This document shows, one piece after another, positions 18,828-28,233 of a DNA stretch of 64,000 bases; positions within the stretch are counted from its first letter, which is position 1, and the number at the start of each line of letters is the position of its first letter. Made by a program: the position numbers and the translations under genes. A model generated the notes under the pieces. That model searched no databases and was not told where the DNA came from. It saw only the letters and a program-made list of their open reading frames with translations. The DNA comes from Bacteroidetes bacterium GWF2_38_335 (GTDB lineage: Bacteria > Bacteroidota > Bacteroidia > Bacteroidales > GWF2-38-335), in contig MEOH01000027.1 in the NCBI GenBank assembly GCA_001769535.1, positions 32,553 through 96,552 of the forward strand, in the 5' to 3' direction.

Positions 18828-19655
18828 TTATTTATTCAAAGAGTAAACAATTTCTTTAACATGCTCAGCCCAATTTTCAGGTGTTTTTGTTTTATCAAAT
18901 GATTGCCAGGAAATTGGTTTTCCGATTGTGTAAGTAATTGTTTTTCCGGTTTGTTTATACATTTGGTCGGGGAGGAAAAACATCTCTATATTGGCTTTTA
19001 TTCCAAGTTTTTTTCTCCAATTAGCCACATTATAGAAAAAATTCGTGTTTCGGGCGTTTATGTGAATGGGAACAATATCCCTTTTGTGTTTTATGGCTTG
19101 TTTGATGAAATATTTTTTCCATTCAAGGTCAACAATTTTACCGTTTATTTTTCTGGATACTAGTCCGGCCGGATAGAACAAAATCTGATTATCCGAAGAA
19201 AACACCTTATCAAACATTATAATGGATTCCTTTGCCTGCATCCCATGTTTGTTGATGGGAACGAAAATCTCGTTCATATTGGTAATTGCGCAGAGGATAT
19301 CATTCACGAAAAACTTCAGTTTTTTATGGTGCTGACCGATTACATGTATCATTCCCAAGCTTTCCAATCCGCCCAGCGGATGGTTTGCAACAAAAATAAA
19401 TCTGCCATCAGACGGAATATTTTCTTCATCCCTGACCACAAGATTAAGTTTAAACATGTCGCAGGATGTTTTTGCGAAATCCACACCAATTTTATCCCTG
19501 CAGACAACTAAATGGCTATTCAGTTTTTTCATGTGCAGGATGCTTTCAATGATCATAAAAACAAAGCCAGGCATAAATTTCATGATCCGGGGATTCTTTT
19601 TTCTAAAGGTTTCCCTGATGTTCAGCTGAACGGGTTTATTATTGTCGTGCTCCAT
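18828..19655 (-). CDS. Lysophospholipid/1-acyl-glycerol-3-phosphate acyltransferase-family O-acyltransferase (GlsA/OlsA-like)
   Basis: ATG at 19655 (MEHDNNKPVQL) is preferred over the TTG at 19685. Motifs: FVANHPLGGLE (H(X)4D-like acyltransferase block) and YPAGLVSR. Confidence 0.7.
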   Translation of the reverse strand: MEHDNNKPVQLNIRETFRKKNPRIMKFMPGFVFMIIESILHMKKLNSHLVVCRDKIGVDFAKTSCDMFKLNLVVRDEENIPSDGRFIFVANHPLGGLESLGMIHVIGQHHKKLKFFVNDILCAITNMNEIFVPINKHGMQAKESIIMFDKVFSSDNQILFYPAGLVSRKINGKIVDLEWKKYFIKQAIKHKRDIVPIHINARNTNFFYNVANWRKKLGIKANIEMFFLPDQMYKQTGKTITYTIGKPISWQSFDKTKTPENWAEHVKEIVYSLNK

Positions 19656-19789
19656 AAACAATGGTTTAAGGCACAAAAATACCAAACTAATTATAAATGG
19701 AAAAGAAAAAAAGAGAAAGTTCGTTTTAGTTTGAAAAATATGGTTTCTAAAGATATACTGCGTTTGCCAAAGTGATTTTTTTACAGGGT

Positions 19790-20430
19790 TACACTTTGTT
19801 CACCCTGTGGTGGTATAATTTCCTTCCATCGGGTTACGCTGCGCTTCACCCGATGTTTTTACAAATCGGTCTTTCAGACCTTTATTTCAGATATTGCATG
19901 GGCAATGCCCCATAGCCGTCAGGACTAGGTCTGTAAAAAACAGATTATATGATATTTATTATATTTTATCCTCAAGCCGGACAGGCTTTTCTTTTGTCTG
20001 CCGCACAAAAGAAACAAAAAGCCACCACGGGTGAAAAAGTCGGGTAATCCTTCCCGCATGGCTCACCCCACTTGGGCAAGGATGACCCGCCTTTCGCACC
20101 ACCCGTGGACAAGCCAACGCACTCAGCGATCTCAAGATTCGCGTTTTGGTTTAAAATTGGCTTTATGGTTTTGAGAGCTTTCTTTAAAATTTGTCAAAAA
20201 AATATTATCCTAGTAAGCTATATAAATGTTTGTTGCAAATATTAACCTGACGGCAATGGGGCAATGCCCTGGGAGTGTAAACGCATGGGGTGAAATGGAA
20301 TGCAACCCTATGCATAAAAAAAAACATGCTGGATTTTTCCTTCCATCGGGTTACGCTGAGCTTCACCCGATGTTTTTACAAATCGGTCTTTCAGACCTTA
20401 AACTCAGATGCTGCAAGGTCAAAGTTCCAG
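19790..20430. repeat. Mosaic intergenic hairpin repeat block
   Basis: The 64-nt module at 19819-19882 recurs at 20336-20399 with a single mismatch. CCTGACGGC-ATGGGGCA(A/T)TGCCC modules occur inverted at about 19897-19927 and direct at 20246-20275. A central imperfect hairpin spans 20025-20108. Confidence 0.8.
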
Positions 20431-20434
20431 ACTA

Positions 20435-20926
20435 TTACTTGCTGCCGATTGCTTTATGTAATTTGTCCACTATCTCGGAAACGGCAGGACAAACAGGAAT
20501 ATTCTTTAATGTGATGTTCAGCAATTTGTGCATTTTTACCGAATCGGTGTGGGGATATTCGCGGCAGGCTTTGGGGCGGTTTTCATATACTGCGCAATAA
20601 TTGTCGGTGCCGAGGAACGGGCAAGGCATTGATTTGAATACAAAATCTCCGTCTTCATCTATTCTGAAGTATTGTTCTGTAATTTCTGAAGGTCTTTTTC
20701 TGAAATGTCCGGCAAGTTTTTCAATATCCTTGTTGGTGATTCTCGGGCCCAGTGACCGGCAACAGTTGGCACAATCGAGGCAATCGATGATTTCAAACAC
20801 TTCATCATGCAGTTTGTGGAAACTCTGGTCAAGGTCCTTTTTCTTTTTCAGCCGTTCGAACAAAGCTTTGTTTTTCTTTTGGTCGCGTATGGCTTTTTGT
20901 TTCAGTTGCTCAAAATCAAATGCCAT
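20435..20926 (-). CDS. YkgJ-family cysteine-cluster protein (UPF0153)
   Basis: ATG at 20926 (MAFDFEQLKQ). Motifs: CLDCANCCR and CPFLGTDNYCAVYENRPKACREYP. 11-nt overlap with the upstream EamA gene. Confidence 0.75.
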   Translation of the reverse strand: MAFDFEQLKQKAIRDQKKNKALFERLKKKKDLDQSFHKLHDEVFEIIDCLDCANCCRSLGPRITNKDIEKLAGHFRKRPSEITEQYFRIDEDGDFVFKSMPCPFLGTDNYCAVYENRPKACREYPHTDSVKMHKLLNITLKNIPVCPAVSEIVDKLHKAIGSK

Positions 20927-21800
20927 TCTTTCTGAATTTAACCTGTGATAAAAACAAACCACTGATGACAATCAGAATTCCAATGGATTTCTGTATGGTA
21001 AGCTCTTCGTCTAAAACAATCCAGGCAATAATGGCTGTCATAACCGGAATGGCATTGCTAAAAGCCCCGGTTTTTATCACCCCCAGATGTTTTATCGAAT
21101 ATATGAAAAGAACAAAGGCAGCCGATGAGGCAAACACTGAAAGCAAAAGCAGACTGGTAATGGTGTCGCTTGTGTAGTCAGTGACATTTACGGTATTGAG
21201 GTCGGTTATGAGGAAAAATGGCAGAAATAAAAAAATGCCGGTCAGGTTCTGATAGGAAATCAGGGTCAGTGGATTGTATTTTTCCGTAAGCTTCTTTACC
21301 CTGATGGAATAACCTACTGCCGCTGCCACTGCAAGAAAAAGCATGAGAATGCCGAACAAATTGGCTGAAAATGATTTTTCAAGACTTATAACAAGCACAC
21401 CTGCAACCGAAACAATTATTCCCGCAAAATTCATGAGTGAAATTTTCTCCTTCAGGAATATCCATGCAGCAAACGGCACAAACAAAGGAATGGTTGCAAT
21501 GATAACTGATGAAACAGTTGCTGAAGATTCATTTATACCATATGATTCACCGATAAAATATAACAGCGGCTGAAAACCTGCCAGTATAAGAATACTTAGA
21601 TAATCCTTCCGGTCAATTTTCTGAAGTTTTTTTAGAAATACTGCCATTACAAACAACAGGGGAACCGAAATGAGCAAACGGGTCAGAACAACTGTAAAAG
21701 GTTCAAGAGTCCTAAGAGCAATGGAACTCCACACAAATGAAAACCCCCAGAAACTCATGGAAAGAATTATACTCAGATAAACTTTAAAAGCAGAATTCAT
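20916..21800 (-). CDS. EamA/DMT-superfamily transporter
   Basis: 294 aa with 10 predicted TM helices arranged as two EamA-like halves. Confidence 0.75.
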   Translation of the reverse strand: MNSAFKVYLSIILSMSFWGFSFVWSSIALRTLEPFTVVLTRLLISVPLLFVMAVFLKKLQKIDRKDYLSILILAGFQPLLYFIGESYGINESSATVSSVIIATIPLFVPFAAWIFLKEKISLMNFAGIIVSVAGVLVISLEKSFSANLFGILMLFLAVAAAVGYSIRVKKLTEKYNPLTLISYQNLTGIFLFLPFFLITDLNTVNVTDYTSDTITSLLLLSVFASSAAFVLFIYSIKHLGVIKTGAFSNAIPVMTAIIAWIVLDEELTIQKSIGILIVISGLFLSQVKFRKNGI

Positions 21801-21876
21801 ATCTTATTTTAAGGGTGGCAATTTAGGAAAAAACTGTGGTTCTTCACCAGACACGAGAGATAAATTATCCTTCGTT

Positions 21877-22476
21877 TTACAAACCAATGGACCGCACTTT
21901 TTTGCAATAATCCTCATATTGTCTGCCATAAACCTCCTTCAACTGACTTTCTTCAACCGGAATCATTTTCAAAATAGTAAAAATAAGAATCAGGAAAAAA
22001 ATAAAATAAATCCAGGAAAAAAGCACAAGCGAAAGTCCCAGGCTCATCAATAAAACGGCCAGATACATTGGATGGCGGGCAATTCTGAAGGGGCCGCCTG
22101 TTACCAGTTTGTTGTTTTCGTCAGGTTTTACTGCTCCCAGCCTGAAATTTTCCCATAAATAAATACGTCCTGCGTATACAAGCAGACTTCCGGCAATGTA
22201 CAGAACCATTCCGGCTACCTGCAGATAACCAAAAACCGCAGCATCTCCGGTTTTAAGGGAAATTATATCGGTTATCACGGTTATTTCCTTAAAGTACACA
22301 ATTGCAATTACAGGCGTCAAAATACTCAGCACAAACAGATTGACAATATTGTAGATGAGAGGTACAATGCCGCCTCCGGGTTTTTGCAGCCTGACAGATC
22401 CCCGTGAAAACAACATGACAATTCCCATCAATACCGAGGCGATGAGAATGACCAGTCCGATGGTTTTTATTTCCAT
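21877..22476 (-). CDS. ICMT/phospholipid-methyltransferase-family membrane methyltransferase
   Basis: 199 aa polytopic protein. LVTGGPFRIARHPMYLAVLLMSLG and EESQLKEVYGRQYEDY, typical of the isoprenylcysteine carboxyl methyltransferase family. Confidence 0.7.
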   Translation of the reverse strand: MEIKTIGLVILIASVLMGIVMLFSRGSVRLQKPGGGIVPLIYNIVNLFVLSILTPVIAIVYFKEITVITDIISLKTGDAAVFGYLQVAGMVLYIAGSLLVYAGRIYLWENFRLGAVKPDENNKLVTGGPFRIARHPMYLAVLLMSLGLSLVLFSWIYFIFFLILIFTILKMIPVEESQLKEVYGRQYEDYCKKVRSIGL

Positions 22477-23255
22477 TATTTTCTTTTTTTGATATAATTT
22501 TGCAGATCACTCAACAAGCCGGCTTCAGTTTTTTCAAGAGTTTCGGCAATCTGTTCGCCTGAGCTGAACTGGAGTATGTAAAACAACTTTTGCCTTCCAT
22601 AATTCAGATCGATAAATTCCGCAAAAAAAGCAGCCCCGATGCTGTCAAGATCGGCCAATCGGTTTATTCCGGAATTTATTTCATAATCTCCGGAGTTTAT
22701 TCCTTCGGTCACATAAAGCTCAAGTCCCTGGGCAAACCATCTGATTTCTGTTGTTTTACAAACATCGGGCGAAAAATTGTACTGAGAATGAAAAATATGG
22801 ACCAATTCTCCAAGGATAAGTTTTTTCACAGCTTCTTTTTTTGTGGGGATTTTTGTGCAGGACTCTTTTTCCCATGCATCAGGCGAAAGAAGGTACAACC
22901 GCAAGGCATTGGGAAAAGCAATTTGAGAGCAGTCTGATTTAAAAGTGCTGTCCTTTTTTTCGCGGGCGATCTGGCGGTCGAGGGATTTCCTGTCGGGATA
23001 CACCGCCACTTCGAATCTTCTGTCAAAATGCTCACCGAAAAAATCCTCAATCGTTTTATGCGATTCGAGAAGATAATCATACAACACCTGATCGCTTTCA
23101 TTCATGCGGTAAAAGCTGAATTTATCGGTTTGGGTGGTGTTTTGCATTTTCTTTTCGGATGGTGTTTCTTTCCCGGTATTGTTTTCTGAACATCCGAAAA
23201 CCCCAATCAGTAAGGCAACTATAAAAACTAATGGAATGTATTTTGCTTTTTTCAC
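22476..23255 (-). CDS. Hypothetical lipoprotein
   Basis: 259 aa with lipobox LLIGVFGCSEN. 1-nt overlap with the downstream methyltransferase gene. Contains LGELVHIFH (not a canonical HExxH). Confidence 0.55.
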   Translation of the reverse strand: MKKAKYIPLVFIVALLIGVFGCSENNTGKETPSEKKMQNTTQTDKFSFYRMNESDQVLYDYLLESHKTIEDFFGEHFDRRFEVAVYPDRKSLDRQIAREKKDSTFKSDCSQIAFPNALRLYLLSPDAWEKESCTKIPTKKEAVKKLILGELVHIFHSQYNFSPDVCKTTEIRWFAQGLELYVTEGINSGDYEINSGINRLADLDSIGAAFFAEFIDLNYGRQKLFYILQFSSGEQIAETLEKTEAGLLSDLQNYIKKRK

Positions 23256-23405
23256 GGACTTTTTTTTTCAAAATTATATATTTTAACGTAACTGGATTTC
23301 ATTGTTGTGTTTTTTTTCAATAACCCCGACCATAAGGCAGGGGTTATTCAAACTACCTTTATATGAATATTTTCTCATAAATTTTTAATTATTGATTTCA
23401 AACCT

Positions 23406-23413
23406 TATCTTTG
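23406..23413 (+). promoter_or_regulatory. Candidate Bacteroidota -7 promoter box (TAnnTTTG)
   Basis: TATCTTTG lies 24 nt upstream of the lpxC/fabZ ATG. Confidence 0.4.
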
Positions 23414-23436
23414 TCCGTTTTTTATAAAATAAAAAT

Positions 23437-24834
23437 ATGTCCGACAAACAGAAAACGATTAAAAATACTGAAGTTGTAACCGGAATTGGATTGCATTCGG
23501 GTTTAAAAGCCAACCTGACTTTTAAACCGGCTCCTGAAAATACGGGTTTTGTATTCATAAGAACCGACATCGAAGGCAATCCGCAGGTAAATGCCGTGGC
23601 CGAAAATGTGGTAGACACTTCAAGAGGAACAACCATTGAGCAAAACGGAGTCAGGATTTACACTGTCGAACATGTGATTTCTGCTTTATTCGGATTGGGC
23701 ATTGACAATGCTTATATCGAAGTTGATGCTCAGGAAACTCCTATACTGGATGGAAGTTCAAAGTTTTTTACCGAAGCCTTGCTGAAAGCCGGTATTGAAG
23801 AGCAAAATGCTGAAAAGAGATATTTTACCGTAAAGGAAAAAATTGAATATACCGATAAGGAAAGAGGCGTTGAGATTGCCATTTATCCTGATGACAAACT
23901 AGATATCAGCGTAATGGTCGATTACGACACCTGCATGCAGATGAACCAGTTTGCCCAGCTTGGTAATATTGAAAATTACCGTGATGAAATTTCCAAATGC
24001 CGTACTTTTGTTTTTCTGAATGAACTGGAATACCTTCTGAACAATAATCTGATCAAGGGGGGTGACCTCAATAATGCCATCGTTATTATTGACAAGGAAG
24101 TGAAACAGGACGAACTTGACAGATTGGCCGACCTGTTTAAAAAACCTAGGGTGAAAGTTAAGGAGCATGGCATTCTGAATAATCTGGAACTCCATTTCAG
24201 AAACGAACCCGCAAGACATAAACTCCTCGATTTGATCGGCGATATCGGTCTGCTTGGAGCACCAATCAAAGGAAAAATCATTGCAAATCGTCCGGGCCAC
24301 CTTGCAAACACCGAATTTACAAAGATACTCAGGAAACAGCTTAAAAAAGACAGATTAAAACCACAGGTTCCGGTTTATGATCCCAATGCGACTCCGCTTA
24401 TGGACATCAACCAGATTCAGAAAATATTGCCGCACCGTTCGCCCTTCCTCATGATCGACAAGATTATTGATCTTACTCCGACCACTGTAGTAGGTTTGAA
24501 AAACGTGACCATGAACGAGTCGTTTTTCGTCGGCCATTTTCCCGATGAGCCCGTATTTCCCGGAGTTTTACAGGTAGAGGCTATGGCGCAGACAGGCGGA
24601 ATTCTGGCATTAAGTTCTGTTCCTGATCCGGAAAATTACCTGACTTTGTTCATGAAGATAGAAAGTGTGAAGTTTAAGAGAAAAGTTTCACCCGGAGATA
24701 CCATTATTTTCAAACTGGAACTGCTTTCACCAATACGCAGGGGAATCTGTGACATGAAAGGTGATGCTTTTGTTGGTGATAATGTAGTTATGGAAGGCCA
24801 CATGATGGCACAACTTGTAAAAGTAAAAGAATAA
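23437..24834 (+). CDS. lpxC/fabZ: Bifunctional UDP-3-O-acyl-GlcNAc deacetylase / 3-hydroxyacyl-ACP dehydratase (LpxC-FabZ fusion)
   Basis: 465 aa. N-terminal LpxC half (GIGLHSG, TVEHV, ILDGS, ARHKLLDLIGD). C-terminal FabZ half (LPHRSPFLMIDKI, FFVGHFPDEPVFPGVLQVEAMAQ). Confidence 0.95.
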   Translation: MSDKQKTIKNTEVVTGIGLHSGLKANLTFKPAPENTGFVFIRTDIEGNPQVNAVAENVVDTSRGTTIEQNGVRIYTVEHVISALFGLGIDNAYIEVDAQETPILDGSSKFFTEALLKAGIEEQNAEKRYFTVKEKIEYTDKERGVEIAIYPDDKLDISVMVDYDTCMQMNQFAQLGNIENYRDEISKCRTFVFLNELEYLLNNNLIKGGDLNNAIVIIDKEVKQDELDRLADLFKKPRVKVKEHGILNNLELHFRNEPARHKLLDLIGDIGLLGAPIKGKIIANRPGHLANTEFTKILRKQLKKDRLKPQVPVYDPNATPLMDINQIQKILPHRSPFLMIDKIIDLTPTTVVGLKNVTMNESFFVGHFPDEPVFPGVLQVEAMAQTGGILALSSVPDPENYLTLFMKIESVKFKRKVSPGDTIIFKLELLSPIRRGICDMKGDAFVGDNVVMEGHMMAQLVKVKE

Positions 24835-24845
24835 GATATTATAAA

Positions 24846-25628
24846 ATGAAACAACCGTTAGCGTATATTCATCGCGAGGCAAAAATTGCCGATAATGTTG
24901 TGATTGAACCATTTACAACTATCGACAAGGATGTGGAGATAGAGGAAGGAACATGGATTGGTTCCAATGTCACCATTATGGAAGGTGCTCGTATTGGAAA
25001 AAATTGCAGGATTTTCCCGGGTGCAGTAATTTCAGCTATTCCACAGGATCTGAAGTTTGCCGGAGAAAAAACTACTGTTGAAATTGGCGATAACACAACC
25101 ATTCGTGAGTGTGTTACCATTAACCGCGGCACCAGATCAACTTTTAAGACAGTTGTAGGGAATAACTGCCTGTTGATGGCTTACGTTCACATCGCACACG
25201 ACTGTCGTTTGGGCAATAACATTATACTTGGAAACTCAACCCAGCTTGCCGGAGAAGTTCACATAGACGATTGGGCCATACTGAGCGGAATTGTTGCAGT
25301 TCATCAGTTTGTCCATATCGGCTCGCATGTGATGATATCGGGCGGATCACTGGTCAGAAAAGACGTTCCTCCGTTTGTTAAAGCAGCCCGCGAACCGCTG
25401 GGATTTATGGGAATCAATTCGATCGGACTGAGAAGACGCGGGTTTGACAATCAAAAAATCAATGAAATTCAGGAAATTTACAGAATGTTGTACCTGAAAG
25501 GATTTAACAACACCCAGGCACTCGAATACATTGAGGCCGAACTTCCTGCCACTCCTGAACGCGATGAGGTTATCCTGTTTGTGAAAAATTCAAACAGGGG
25601 TATTATGAAGGGGTATTTTCCGGAGTAG
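24846..25628 (+). CDS. lpxA: Acyl-ACP--UDP-GlcNAc O-acyltransferase
   Basis: 260 aa with left-handed beta-helix hexapeptide repeats. VHIAHDCRLGNN and NSIGLRRRGF are typical of LpxA. Confidence 0.93.
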   Translation: MKQPLAYIHREAKIADNVVIEPFTTIDKDVEIEEGTWIGSNVTIMEGARIGKNCRIFPGAVISAIPQDLKFAGEKTTVEIGDNTTIRECVTINRGTRSTFKTVVGNNCLLMAYVHIAHDCRLGNNIILGNSTQLAGEVHIDDWAILSGIVAVHQFVHIGSHVMISGGSLVRKDVPPFVKAAREPLGFMGINSIGLRRRGFDNQKINEIQEIYRMLYLKGFNNTQALEYIEAELPATPERDEVILFVKNSNRGIMKGYFPE

Positions 25629-25644
25629 GTTCTAAGTTAAAATA

Positions 25645-25684
25645 AAAAAGAAAGCAGCTTTACAGCTGCTTTCTTTTTTATTTT
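25645..25684. terminator. Bidirectional intrinsic terminator between lpxA and thiL
   Basis: GAAAGCAGCT-TTAC-AGCTGCTTTC stem-loop, flanked by an A-run upstream and a T-run downstream. Confidence 0.75.
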
Positions 25685-25696
25685 AACTCCGCACTC

Positions 25697-26734
25697 CTAA
25701 CTACCAAAATGATTCCATCCCTGAGCCACAAGAGGAACCAGCGTTCCGTCGCGCGCAACAAGCATGCAGCCGGTTTCTTTTGGGTTAATGTGTCCGATGA
25801 TGGAAATGCCGTCAATATCATTTATTTTATCGAAGTCTTTTTGCGGCAGGGTAAACAGCAGTTCATAATCTTCTCCGCCATTTAAAGCGCATGTTGTGGG
25901 GTCGAGGTTCATTTCTCTGGCCATGCGGGCAGTGACATCTGCTACAGGAATTTTTTCTTCATAAATGCTGCAACCCACGCCTGAATTTTTACAGATATGC
26001 AGGACCTCAGATGAAAGTCCGTCCGAAACATCAATCATTGATGTTGGCACAATGCCTGTCTGCGCAAAAAATTCAATCACATCTTTTCGTGCTTCAGGTT
26101 TCAGCTGTTTTTCGAGTAAATGATCAAGACCTGTAAAATCGGGTTGTGAATGGGGATTCACTTTAAATACTTCCTTTTCTCTTTCCAGCAACTGCAGTCC
26201 GATGTAAGCAGCACCCAAATCGCCCGAAACACAAATAAGGTCATTGTCCTTTGCCCCTGAGCGATAAACGGGCTGGTTTTTGCCGAGGTCACCAAGTACG
26301 GTCAGACTAAGCACCAAACCGCCCGGTGAGGTCGTGGTGTCACCGCCAACCAGATCAACGCCGTAGATTTTGCAGGCCAGAAGAATTCCTTCGTAAAGAT
26401 CTTCAAGGTCTTCAACACAATATTTGTTTGAAATGGCCATTGACACGGTAAGTTGCTCGGGCCGTGCATTCATGGCGTAGCAATCGGAAAAGTTCACCAC
26501 AGCCGACTTGTAACCCAGATGTTTCAGGGGCGTGTACATCAGATTAAAATGCACATTTTCAACGAGCATGTCGGTGGTGATAATGGTCTGCCCGCTGTGC
26601 TTAACCACAGCTGCATCGTCGCCAATACCCTTTATTGTTGACGGGTTTTTAAGTTTTATCTTTTTTGTGAGATGTTCAATCAGGCCAAATTCGCCCAATT
26701 CACTTATTTCCTTTGGTTTTTGTTTTTTTGGCAT
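25697..26734 (-). CDS. thiL: Thiamine-monophosphate kinase
   Basis: 345 aa with AIR-synthase-like fold motifs: GIGDDAAV, GGDTT, DVSDGL. Confidence 0.88.
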   Translation of the reverse strand: MPKKQKPKEISELGEFGLIEHLTKKIKLKNPSTIKGIGDDAAVVKHSGQTIITTDMLVENVHFNLMYTPLKHLGYKSAVVNFSDCYAMNARPEQLTVSMAISNKYCVEDLEDLYEGILLACKIYGVDLVGGDTTTSPGGLVLSLTVLGDLGKNQPVYRSGAKDNDLICVSGDLGAAYIGLQLLEREKEVFKVNPHSQPDFTGLDHLLEKQLKPEARKDVIEFFAQTGIVPTSMIDVSDGLSSEVLHICKNSGVGCSIYEEKIPVADVTARMAREMNLDPTTCALNGGEDYELLFTLPQKDFDKINDIDGISIIGHINPKETGCMLVARDGTLVPLVAQGWNHFGS

Positions 26735-26735
26735 T

Positions 26736-28082
26736 TTACTTCTTCAATTTCATCTTAATTTTCTTAGTCTGTTCTTCATGACCGGGTTTTTCGAGCAAGG
26801 CAAACATATTGTTTTTATATGCTTCAACGCCGGGCTGGTCAAATGGGTTTACGTTGATAATGTAGCCGCTGATGGCACAGGCAAATTCAAAAAAGAAAAT
26901 AAGCTGACCCAGATAATATTCGTTGATTTCGGGAACTTCAATAATGATATTGGGCACGCCACCGTCGATATGGGCAATCATGGTGCCCAGTTCGGCCATC
27001 TTATTGACTTCATCCATGCGGCGACCGGCAAGGTAATTGAGTCCGTCAACATCTTCGGCAAATGCAGGAACTTTTAAAGTGTGCTTCACATCGCCCACCG
27101 ATAAAATGGTTTCAAACAGAATCCTTTCTCCTTCCTGGATATACTGTCCCATACTGTGCAAATCACTGGTGAAATTGGCACCTGCGGGGAATATGCCTTT
27201 GTTTTCCTTGCCTTCGCTCTCGCCGTAAAGCTGTTTCCACCACTCGGTAAACTGCGTGAGTTTGGGATGAAAATTGACCAGCATCTCAACTTTTTTGCCT
27301 TTTCCGTAAAGAATGTTTCTGACAGTGGCATACATTTCGGTGATGCTTTTTTCAAAAGGAATATTTTCATTGCAGTCGGCAGCAATAACCTTTGCGCCTT
27401 CAACCATTTTTTCAATATCAAATCCGGCACAGGCGATGGGCAGCAGACCAACCGGAGTGAGAATCGAATATCTTCCTCCCACGTCATCAGGAATCTCATA
27501 AGTTTTGTAACCCTCTTTGTCGGCTACTAATTTAAGTGCTCCTTTTTTCTTGTCGGTGATGGCTACTATGCGGTTTTTGACTTCGTCTTTCGAGTATTTT
27601 TCTTCCAAAAGGTTCTTCAGTAGTCTGAAAGCAATTGCAGGTTCGGTGGTGGTTCCGGACTTTGAAATGACTATGATGCTGAATGATTTGTTTTTCAGAA
27701 TTTCCAGTAATTCGTAATGATAATCTTCGCAGATATTCTGGCCGGCAAAAAGCACCTTCGTTTTGCTGTCTTCCCTTAGAAATTCAAACGAATGTGAAAG
27801 GGCTTCGATGGCAGCGCGTGCTCCAAGGTAAGAGCCGCCAATGCCTATTACTACTACATAATCAGATTGTTTACGGAGTTTTTCGGCAGTCTGATTCAGA
27901 TCGGCCAGCAAAGCCGGACTGATTTCATTGGGCAGTGTTATCCAACCAAGAAAATCATTCCCTTTTCCTTTTTTGCTAAGCAAAGAAGCAACAAGGTTCT
28001 TGGTTTCGAATTTATACTGGTTTATTGATGAAGCAGGAATAAAATTGCTTAATCCGTTCAGGTTGATGCTAATGTTTCTCAT
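26736..28082 (-). CDS. pgi: Glucose-6-phosphate isomerase
   Basis: 448 aa. VVIGIGGSYLGARA, SKSGTTTEP, GGRYS, DQPGVEAYK. Confidence 0.95.
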   Translation of the reverse strand: MRNISINLNGLSNFIPASSINQYKFETKNLVASLLSKKGKGNDFLGWITLPNEISPALLADLNQTAEKLRKQSDYVVVIGIGGSYLGARAAIEALSHSFEFLREDSKTKVLFAGQNICEDYHYELLEILKNKSFSIIVISKSGTTTEPAIAFRLLKNLLEEKYSKDEVKNRIVAITDKKKGALKLVADKEGYKTYEIPDDVGGRYSILTPVGLLPIACAGFDIEKMVEGAKVIAADCNENIPFEKSITEMYATVRNILYGKGKKVEMLVNFHPKLTQFTEWWKQLYGESEGKENKGIFPAGANFTSDLHSMGQYIQEGERILFETILSVGDVKHTLKVPAFAEDVDGLNYLAGRRMDEVNKMAELGTMIAHIDGGVPNIIIEVPEINEYYLGQLIFFFEFACAISGYIINVNPFDQPGVEAYKNNMFALLEKPGHEEQTKKIKMKLKK

Positions 28083-28233
28083 AATTATTATGGTATCTTT
28101 TACAAAGTAAATTTACATGAATGTTTTGTACTTACCAAATTAGTATTGAGTAGCAAGTAAAAAGTAGCAAGTAGCGAGAGATAATTCATATTCTCATATA
28201 ACTTTATAAACTTGACATTCTTTCAATAAAAAA

